DNA of 64,000 nucleotides from Vicinamibacterales bacterium (GTDB taxonomy: Bacteria; Acidobacteriota; Vicinamibacteria; Vicinamibacterales; UBA2999). The stretch is taken from the NCBI GenBank assembly GCA_035626435.1, contig DASPNQ010000209.1, forward strand, positions 7,623 to 71,622, given 5' to 3'. Positions 1-7,196 of the stretch are shown here, in pieces; positions within the stretch are counted from its first letter, which is position 1, and each line of letters starts with the position of its first letter. The notes beneath the pieces were generated by a model that worked only from the letters and a program-made list of their open reading frames with translations, had not been told where the DNA came from and did not search any database. The position numbers were made by a program, and so were the translations under genes.

Positions 1-819
1 TGTCGGAGCTGATCTCGACATTCTCGAAGAAGATGATCTTCGGCTACAGCTTCGTCGCCTTCTCGTCGCTGGCGATCGCGGTGTTCGGCTTCATCGTGTG
101 GGCGCATCACATGTTCGTCGCCGGCATTTCGACTTACGCCGCGATGGTGTTCTCGTTCCTCAGCTTCTCGGTGGCGATTCCGTCGGCGGTGAAGGTCTTC
201 AACTGGACGGCGACACTCTACAAGGGCGCGATCTCGTTCGAGACGCCGATGCTCTACGCCTACGGTTTCATGGGGCTGTTCCTGATTGGCGGCCTGACCG
301 GCCTGTTCCTGGCGACGCTGGGCATGGACATCCACCTGCACGACACCTACTTCGTGGTCGCGCACTTCCACTACATCATGGTCGGCGGCGCCATCATGGG
401 CTACATGGGCGGCCTCCACTACTGGTGGCCGAAGATGACCGGCCGCATGTACTCGGAGTTCTTCTCACGCATCAGTGCGATCCTCGTGTTCGTCGGTTTC
501 AACCTGACGTTCCTGCCGCAGTTCGTGGTCGGCTATCTTGGAATGCCGCGCCGGTATCACTCCTACCCGGATGAATTCCAGGTGCTGAACGTGATGTCGT
601 CGGCCGGCGCCAGCGTGCTGGGCCTCGGCTATGCGCTGCCGGTGATTTACCTGCTGTATTCGCTGAAGAACGGCGCCGTTGCCGGGCCGAACCCGTACGG
701 GGCCTCGACGCTGGAGTGGGCCACGCAGTCGCCGCCGCTGACGGAGAACTTCGTCGAGGTGCCCGAGGTGATCGGCGAGCCCTACGAGTACGAGCACGTC
801 GTCGCCAAGGAGAAGCATC

Positions 820-827
<8 letters not shown>
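1..827 (+). CDS. ctaD: cytochrome c oxidase subunit I, C-terminal part (5' end lies upstream of the window)
   Basis: Reading frame is open from nt 3. The translation contains [23 protein letters not shown] and GMPRRY, conserved motifs of heme-copper oxidase subunit I. Subunit III and IV genes follow directly. Confidence 0.93.
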
Positions 828-1596
<769 letters not shown>

Positions 1597-1965
1597 ATGT
1601 CGGCAGAACACGCACATTCACATGGGGCAGGGCACATTTCGCCGGTGTCGCTCTACGTCACGATATTCCTGGCCTTGATGGTGCTCACCGCGGTCACGGT
1701 TGGCGCTGCTTACGTCGACCTGGGCATCTTCAACTTTTCGGTGGCGATGCTGATTGCCAGCTTCAAGGCGTCGCTGGTGATTTGGTACTTCATGCACGTG
1801 AAGTATCAGAGCCACCTGACCAAGCTGACCGTCGCGACCGGTTTGTTCTTCCTGGCGATCCTGCTCGGGATGATGCTGATCGACTACACGTCGAAGGATT
1901 TGGTGCCGCGCCTGGTGCCGGCGCAGACCGATCCAATGGGTGAAATTCGGCGGCCTACGCACTAA
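1597..1965 (+). CDS. caa3-type cytochrome c oxidase subunit IV family protein
   Basis: ATG lies 1 nt after the ctaE stop. 122 aa with three hydrophobic helices and the SFKASLVIWYFMHVK motif typical of the small bacterial subunit IV. Operon position also fits. Confidence 0.7.
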   Translation: MSAEHAHSHGAGHISPVSLYVTIFLALMVLTAVTVGAAYVDLGIFNFSVAMLIASFKASLVIWYFMHVKYQSHLTKLTVATGLFFLAILLGMMLIDYTSKDLVPRLVPAQTDPMGEIRRPTH

Positions 1966-1972
1966 TAGTCGC

Positions 1973-2034
1973 CAGGGAGCTAGGGAGCTAGGGAGCGAGG
2001 GAGCTAGGGAGCGAGGGAGCGAGTAGCTAGTAGC
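1973..2034 (+). repeat. tandem octamer array A: (KAGGGAGC) x6 followed by degenerate GAGTAGC/TAGTAGC units
   Basis: Read directly: CAGGGAGC TAGGGAGC TAGGGAGC GAGGGAGC TAGGGAGC GAGGGAGC GAGTAGC TAGTAGC. It fills the gap between the convergent stops at 1965 and 2027. Confidence 0.95.
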
Positions 2035-2518
2035 TACCAACGCGCGCGAAGGCGTTGAACCCCTTGGACTCGCTGCGGTCGCTGAGGCCCTGGTCGACGC
2101 CGACATCCTCGAATTGAATGGCGTTTGCGCCAATCTCCGCGAGCGCATGCAGCAGCCAATGTCGGCGTTCATCCGGCACGCCGAGCACGGCGATTGCGTG
2201 CGTCGCTTTCGCAAACATGCGCGCGAGCACGCCGCGCATGTAATCCAAATCGGCAGCGCCCGCGAAGGACCGGCAGACGATCACGTCCCAGGGAACGGAA
2301 GGGTCGAGCGTCGAGGCCATGCCGACCTGAAATACCCCTTCCGGCATTGCGGCGATGGCCGTCGCGATTGCGCCGGCCTCTCCGTCGATCCCGCCGACGA
2401 TGTAGCCGTTTCGATGGAAAGGAAAGAGGAAGGCGCCGTCGCCGCAATCGACTTCGAAGATGCGCGTACCGGGTCCGACGTCCAGGACCTCGGCGACATG
2501 TTCCGCCAGCTCGATCAA
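2027..2518 (-). CDS. class I SAM-dependent methyltransferase-like protein
   Basis: 163-aa ORF with a glycine-rich motif-I-like stretch (VLDVGPGT...VDCGDGAF). TTG start lies 1 nt after the stop of the upstream gene (2520), suggesting an operon. Assignment is motif-level only. Confidence 0.45.
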   Translation of the reverse strand: MIELAEHVAEVLDVGPGTRIFEVDCGDGAFLFPFHRNGYIVGGIDGEAGAIATAIAAMPEGVFQVGMASTLDPSVPWDVIVCRSFAGAADLDYMRGVLARMFAKATHAIAVLGVPDERRHWLLHALAEIGANAIQFEDVGVDQGLSDRSESKGFNAFARVGSY

Positions 2519-2519
2519 C

Positions 2520-2957
2520 TTACTTGTCGAGACCGGAGATATCGATAGTGGCGGTGTCGACGGTCACCGACGCCACTTTGGTACCGGCCGGCACGCGGAA
2601 CGGAAAGTTGCACTTGTACTCGGGCACCGAACCCGCGTCGATGATCGACACCGAGGTCTGATAGGTCTTGCCCGACGCGTCCGTCAGAACCGGTTTCTTG
2701 ACAATGGTCTTGGCGTCGAATGCGGGTGTGACCTTGAAGGCCAGCGCCACGACCGCGAACTCGGTGCCCTCGAGGGCGTTGCCGCGGACGCTGTTTTGTC
2801 CCGGCGGGCAATCCACGAGCGCAACGTTCTTGGCGCGCTCTACGCCGATCGGCGTGATGTCGAGGCCTTTGTAGGAGACCGGCTTGGCCGGCTGCGCCGA
2901 CGTGAAGAGCGAAACGTGAAAGGTGAAAAGCAAGCCGGCTACTATTCCACTCTTCAC
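2520..2957 (-). CDS. exported hypothetical protein
   Basis: 145-aa ORF with a GTG start preceded by GGGAGCGGA. N-terminal hydrophobic signal-like segment (IVAGLLFTFHVSLFTSAQP). No recognisable catalytic motif. Confidence 0.55.
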   Translation of the reverse strand: MKSGIVAGLLFTFHVSLFTSAQPAKPVSYKGLDITPIGVERAKNVALVDCPPGQNSVRGNALEGTEFAVVALAFKVTPAFDAKTIVKKPVLTDASGKTYQTSVSIIDAGSVPEYKCNFPFRVPAGTKVASVTVDTATIDISGLDK

Positions 2958-2974
2958 GTTTCCGCTCCCTACGC

Positions 2975-3009
2975 CTTTAACTTTTAACTTTTAACTTTTA
3001 ACTTCCTAG
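2975..3009 (+). repeat. tandem heptamer array (TTTTAAC) x4.5
   Basis: CTTTAAC TTTTAAC TTTTAAC TTTTAAC TTCCTAG read directly. The last unit overlaps the stop codon of the 3006-3827 gene. The first unit lies 18 nt upstream of the GTG start at 2957. Confidence 0.9.
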
Positions 3010-3827
3010 AGCGGCGCATCCGGATTGGCAATCGTCCGCCACATGTGCGCGCTCGGGCTGTTGTCGTTGCCGAGCCCTTCCTTCGGCTGCTTGAAGTGGC
3101 GGCCGATGATGTCTTCGAACGGCTCGATCGACACCTTGGCGTTCGCGTCGAACGCGTAGAGATCGTTGACCGTGACCAGGCGCGGCTCCATGTACCACTT
3201 GTGGTTGCGGAGCATCTTGTAGGTCGCTTCGATGTGGGCTGGCGGTTTGTAGTCTTCGCCGAAAATCCGGTAGTACTGATCGGGATATTCGTAGCCCGCA
3301 TCGAGGTCCGGGTAGAACCGCAGCGTCTGGTGATAGCGGATCGCGAAGGTCGACTTCTCCGGAATGTACGGCTCGAACAGCTGTGCGCCCCACCAGCCGT
3401 GATCCGGCTTGATCAGGTTCAGCACGCAGTCATGCAGCAGGCACGCGAGCGTCACTTCCTCTGACATGCCGGTCTTGAGCGCGCGCGTCGCGCTTTGCAG
3501 CACGTGGTTGGCCGGCGCGAAGCGGAGGCGGAAGAAGTCCTGGAGCGTTGGATTCTTCGGCATCGGCTCGAGCTTCTTGACGTTGCCGCGCGTGTTGACG
3601 AACAGGCTGCCGACGCCGCGGCGATAGTTGCGCGTTTCGATTTGCGCTTCGATTTCGGCGACCGTTGGGAACTTCGGCGGTGCCTGTCCCTGGTTCGCGG
3701 CGACCTGCTCGTCGAGCTGCTCTTCCATCCAGTGCTCGAGGGCGTCGGCCTTGGCTTCCGAGTCCATCATCGCGACGGCCGCCGTGCCTCCGAGGCTGGC
3801 GATGAACGCTCTGCGATCTATTTCCAT
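3006..3827 (-). CDS. Tat-signal HD-domain protein (MIOX-like motif pattern)
   Basis: ATG at 3827 is preceded by GAGGTGGGA. N-terminus MEIDRRAFIASLGGTAAVAMM is a twin-arginine signal. Contains an LLHD (HD) motif, plus IRYHQTLRFYP and VNDLYAFD, which resemble the C-terminal motifs of myo-inositol-oxygenase-type HD diiron enzymes. Confidence 0.6.
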   Translation of the reverse strand: MEIDRRAFIASLGGTAAVAMMDSEAKADALEHWMEEQLDEQVAANQGQAPPKFPTVAEIEAQIETRNYRRGVGSLFVNTRGNVKKLEPMPKNPTLQDFFRLRFAPANHVLQSATRALKTGMSEEVTLACLLHDCVLNLIKPDHGWWGAQLFEPYIPEKSTFAIRYHQTLRFYPDLDAGYEYPDQYYRIFGEDYKPPAHIEATYKMLRNHKWYMEPRLVTVNDLYAFDANAKVSIEPFEDIIGRHFKQPKEGLGNDNSPSAHMWRTIANPDAPL

Positions 3828-3925
3828 GAGTCCCACCTCTACGGCCTACGGCCGCCAGGGGAAACACTACGCCGAGTCCGGCCCTCGTTCAACCGGATCT
3901 TTGTGCTGCGCTGGCGCGTCGCCTG

Positions 3926-4729
3926 CTACTTCACACCCTGACGATGCAGATCGTCGAGCCATCGTTGCGCGAAGGCGCGAGCGGCGTCGGTGGCGGGTTT
4001 TCCGGCCCGAAAAGTCATTTTCCATGCGGCCGGCTTGGCTTCGAGCGTGGGGTCGGCGAACACTTTCTTATCGCCCTTATCGACGAGCTTGGCGTTGAAA
4101 TCGATGTCTTTGGTCGTGTCGAGGAAGTGCCGGAGCCGCATCGCGACCAGCGCTCGCGAGTCAGCCGGATAGACTTTTTCCAGCTCCTGCATCGCCAGAT
4201 CGCGGCTGCGAACCTGCTGGGCGCGTTGTTCACGAAGCACCGCTTCGATTTCCTTGCGGCGCTCGCCTTTTTCCATCTCGTCAAGCTGCCGCCGCATGTC
4301 GGTCCATCCGGCTTCGAGCGTGGCGCGCTGTTCCGGGGTGATCTGATCGAACAGCTTGCGCATCTCGACCACCTGGTTTTCGAACCCGGTGCGCTGTTTC
4401 GCGAATACCTGATCGACGGTTTGCTCGTCCGGCAGCGGGTCGGGGCCGTTCGCTTCGCGATGGTCCGCGTATCGGCGCTTGAAGTCGTCGCTCTCCGCGA
4501 ACGTTCGCGCCATGGTCAGCGCGAAGTTGACGAGCGCGACCCGCGCCGCATCCGGCATGGCGATGAACGCAGCCGGCTTGCCGGCGATTGACACCGCGTC
4601 GGCGACGAAGGAGTCGAAGATTGCTTCCTTGGCGCGCCCTTCGCTAATCCCAAGCGTCGCCAGATGATCCTGCGCCGCGGCCGCGGCCGCGATTACGCAA
4701 ACAAGCGTAACGGTTACGTAAAGTCGCAT
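3926..4729 (-). CDS. exported hypothetical protein
   Basis: 267-aa ORF with a signal-like N-terminus (VTVTLVCVIAAAAAAQ). The rest is helical and charged, with no known motif. Confidence 0.55.
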   Translation of the reverse strand: MRLYVTVTLVCVIAAAAAAQDHLATLGISEGRAKEAIFDSFVADAVSIAGKPAAFIAMPDAARVALVNFALTMARTFAESDDFKRRYADHREANGPDPLPDEQTVDQVFAKQRTGFENQVVEMRKLFDQITPEQRATLEAGWTDMRRQLDEMEKGERRKEIEAVLREQRAQQVRSRDLAMQELEKVYPADSRALVAMRLRHFLDTTKDIDFNAKLVDKGDKKVFADPTLEAKPAAWKMTFRAGKPATDAARAFAQRWLDDLHRQGVK

Positions 4730-4746
4730 AGCAGGGAGTATAGCGT

Positions 4747-4834
4747 TAGGGAGCTAGGGAGCTAGGGAGCGAGGGAGCGAGGGAGCGAGGGAGCGAGGGA
4801 GCGCGAAAGCCGGGGAGCGCGGGAGCCGGGGAGC
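4747..4834 (+). repeat. tandem octamer array B: (KAGGGAGC) x7 plus 4 degenerate units
   Basis: TAGGGAGC x3, GAGGGAGC x4, then GCGAAAGC CGGGGAGC GCGGGAGC CGGGGAGC. Lies between the divergent starts at 4729 and 4951. Confidence 0.95.
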
Positions 4835-4950
4835 GCAAGTCTTGCGATCACGACATGGTTTCTACTGCGCAAGAATTGCGAACAGGTTCGGCGCAAATTG
4901 GTGATCTGCGAACAATTCCGCGTGGCTCGCAGCGTGCATCGACGTGGCGC

Positions 4951-5334
4951 ATGCCCATTAGGTCGTTTCAAGATTTGCTGGTGTGGCAGCGCTCGATGCA
5001 ACTCGCCCAAGACGCCTATCCGATGATCCGTCGGTTGCCTGCGGATGAACGGTTTGAATTGTGTGCGCAGATGCGGCGAGCGGTGGTCTCGACGCCCTCA
5101 AATATCGCCGAGGGCTTCGGCTACGGCTCCACTCGTCGCTACGTCCATCACCTGCGAATCGCACTCGGATCGAATGCCGAGTTTCTCACGCACCTGATGC
5201 CGGCCGAGCGATTACAACTCGTCTCCGCTGACGAGACCAAACCATTAATCGACCATGCGTCGCAAATTGGCCGGATGCTCAACGCGCTGATCCAGTCGTT
5301 GCAACGATATGAACGTGGCTCGCTAGCTCCCTAG
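4951..5334 (+). CDS. four-helix-bundle protein (23S rRNA intervening-sequence protein / Avd-like family)
   Basis: MPIRSFQDLLVWQRSMQLAQDAY...ELCAQMRRAVVSTPSNIAEGFG...HHLRIALGSNAEF matches the TIGR02436/PF05635 pattern (F.DL.VWQ, R...SI..NIAEG, A.GS..E). The tracked ORF starts at 4855, but the family-typical N-terminus is the ATG at 4951. Confidence 0.8.
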   Translation: MPIRSFQDLLVWQRSMQLAQDAYPMIRRLPADERFELCAQMRRAVVSTPSNIAEGFGYGSTRRYVHHLRIALGSNAEFLTHLMPAERLQLVSADETKPLIDHASQIGRMLNALIQSLQRYERGSLAP

Positions 5335-5407
5335 CTGCGCCCAGCTCCCGCGCTCCCTAGCTCCCTAGCTCCCTAGCTCCCTGGCTCCCTGGCTCCCTAG
5401 CTCCCTA
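5318..5407 (-). repeat. tandem octamer array C: 11 units, reverse complement of arrays A/B/D (reads GCTCCCTR on the + strand)
   Basis: GCTCGCTA GCTCCCTA GCTGCGCC, a 2-nt slip, then GCTCCCGC, GCTCCCTA x3, GCTCCCTG x2, GCTCCCTA x2. It starts inside the last codons of the 4951-5334 ORF and ends 5 nt before the helicase stop at 5412. Confidence 0.95.
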
Positions 5408-5411
5408 ATTC

Positions 5412-7082
5412 CTAATTCGCCGGCTTCGACTGAACGGTGACCTTCTGGCCGCGGATCTTGGTTGCTTTCAAGGCGACGATGATTTTTTGCGACACCTCCT
5501 CGGGCACCTCGACGAGCGAGTAGTCGTCGTGCACTTTGATCGCGCCGATCACGCTTGACGGCACCCGCGCTTCGCCGGCGATGGCGCCGACCAGATCGGC
5601 GGGGCGGACGTTGTGTTCCTTACCGACGCTGATTCGCAGCAGCGTCATCGGGCCCGCGTCGCGAGTCGCAGCCGGACGCCGTTCGCGCTGCGGTCCGCGG
5701 TCGTCATAGCGGTCGCGTGAGCGCGTGTCGGGTTCCGTTGCGACGTCGGCAATGGCGCGCTCAGACCCGTCGCTGGCGAGCGCGATCGCGGCCGCGGCGA
5801 CATCCATCAGATCGAACTCGTCGGCGAGCTCCTGCACCAGCTCGCGGGTCAGTTCAAGGCCGCCGGCGGTAATCCGCTCTCGCAGAGCGTCCTTGGTCGC
5901 TTCCATGCGGCGCTTGCGCAGGTCCGCCTCCGTCGGCAGCTTGCCGATCTCGATCTTCTGCTTGGTCAAGCGCTCGACGAATTGCAGAAACCGCTGCTCG
6001 CGTGGCGATACCAGCGTGATCGCGACGCCCTCGCGGCCAATGCGCCCGGTGCGGCCAATGCGATGGACGTAAACTTCAGGCGCCGTGGGTAGATCGAAAT
6101 TGACGACGTGGGAGACGTGCTCGATGTCCAAGCCGCGCGCGGCGACGTCGGTCGCGACGAGAATCTCGGATTGTTCGCTGCGGAACCCCTGCATGACGCG
6201 ATCGCGCTGTTTCTGCATCATGCCGCCATGCAGTGCCTGCGCGCCGTAGCCGTGGGCGTTGAGGGTGTCGGTGAGCTCGTCGACTTCGATGCGGGTGCGG
6301 CAGAAAACGATCGCCGACTTGGGGCTCTCGAAGTCGAGAATCCGGCTGAGCGCGTTGATCTTCTGGCCCCTGCCGACGATGTAGGCAACCTGGCGCACTT
6401 GCGGTAACTTGCCCGCGGCGCGTTTCTCCTGCGCGATCTGCACCTTCTTCGGACTCTTGAGATGCCGTCCGGCGATCGCCATGATCCGCGGCGCAAACGT
6501 CGCGGCAAACAGCGCTGTCTGGCGGGTCGCCGGCGTCTCGTTCACGATCGCGTCGATGTCTTCCGCGAAGCCCATGTCGAGCATCTCGTCCGCTTCATCG
6601 AGCACCAGCACCTTCACCTCGCCCAGCTGCAGTGTCCGCCGGCGCAGATGATCGAGCACGCGACCCGGCGTCCCGACGACGATGTCGGCGCCGCGGCGCA
6701 AGGCGCGGATCTGGTGATCCATCGGCGCGCCGCCGTACACCGGCACGACGACGAGGTTCGAGCCTTTGGCGTATTTATGGAGCGCCTCGGCCACCTGCAT
6801 CGCCAGCTCGCGCGTCGGCACTAACACCAGCGCGCGCGTGCGCCCGCGATCGGCCTTGCCGTCTTTGGACAGGGTATCGAGCAGCGGCAGTGCAAACGCG
6901 GCGGTCTTGCCCGTGCCCGTCGCGGCCTGGCCGAGCATGTCGGCGCCGGACAGCAAGGTGGGAATCGCTTCGCGTTGAATGGGAGTGGGTTCTTCGTAGC
7001 CCAGTGCGGCGACCGCAGCCACGAGGGCGTCGGTTAGACCGAGTGACGCAAATCCAGCCGACTCGGCCGAAGGATTCTTCAT
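5412..7082 (-). CDS. deaD: DEAD-box ATP-dependent RNA helicase with DbpA-type C-terminal RNA-binding domain
   Basis: 556 aa with a Q-motif region (TPIQREAIP), AATGTGKTAAF (Walker A), VLDEADEML (DEAD), ARGLDI and HRIGRTGR. The C-terminal ...LLRISVGKEHNVRPADLVGAI... resembles a DbpA/DeaD RNA-binding domain. Confidence 0.92.
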   Translation of the reverse strand: MKNPSAESAGFASLGLTDALVAAVAALGYEEPTPIQREAIPTLLSGADMLGQAATGTGKTAAFALPLLDTLSKDGKADRGRTRALVLVPTRELAMQVAEALHKYAKGSNLVVVPVYGGAPMDHQIRALRRGADIVVGTPGRVLDHLRRRTLQLGEVKVLVLDEADEMLDMGFAEDIDAIVNETPATRQTALFAATFAPRIMAIAGRHLKSPKKVQIAQEKRAAGKLPQVRQVAYIVGRGQKINALSRILDFESPKSAIVFCRTRIEVDELTDTLNAHGYGAQALHGGMMQKQRDRVMQGFRSEQSEILVATDVAARGLDIEHVSHVVNFDLPTAPEVYVHRIGRTGRIGREGVAITLVSPREQRFLQFVERLTKQKIEIGKLPTEADLRKRRMEATKDALRERITAGGLELTRELVQELADEFDLMDVAAAAIALASDGSERAIADVATEPDTRSRDRYDDRGPQRERRPAATRDAGPMTLLRISVGKEHNVRPADLVGAIAGEARVPSSVIGAIKVHDDYSLVEVPEEVSQKIIVALKATKIRGQKVTVQSKPAN

Positions 7083-7107
7083 CCTTCAACGTTACTTCAT
7101 CACTAAT

Positions 7108-7195
7108 CCGGGGAGTTTGGGGCTAGGGAGCTAGGGAGCAAGGGAGCTGGGGAGCGAGGGAGCTGGGGAGCGAGGGAGCGAGGGAGCTAGGGTGA
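7108..7195 (+). repeat. tandem octamer array D: (NRGGGAGC) about 9-11 units (clear core 7124-7195)
   Basis: TAGGGAGC TAGGGAGC AAGGGAGC TGGGGAGC GAGGGAGC TGGGGAGC GAGGGAGC GAGGGAGC TAGGGTGA, preceded by two degenerate units. It ends 2 nt before the permease stop (7197). The clear core starts 42 nt upstream of the helicase start (7082). Confidence 0.95.
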
Positions 7196-7196
7196 A

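Noticed and set aside
4855-4950. N-terminal 32-aa extension of the four-helix-bundle ORF as given in the ORF track
   Set aside because: The extension (MVSTAQELRTGSAQIGDLRTIPRGSQRASTWR) has no family resemblance. The family-typical N-terminus begins at the internal Met (4951).
4951-5334. Diversity-generating retroelement (the four-helix-bundle protein as an Avd accessory protein)
   Set aside because: No reverse transcriptase ORF and no template/variable repeat pair are visible nearby. The flanking repeats are simple octamer arrays, not TR/VR.
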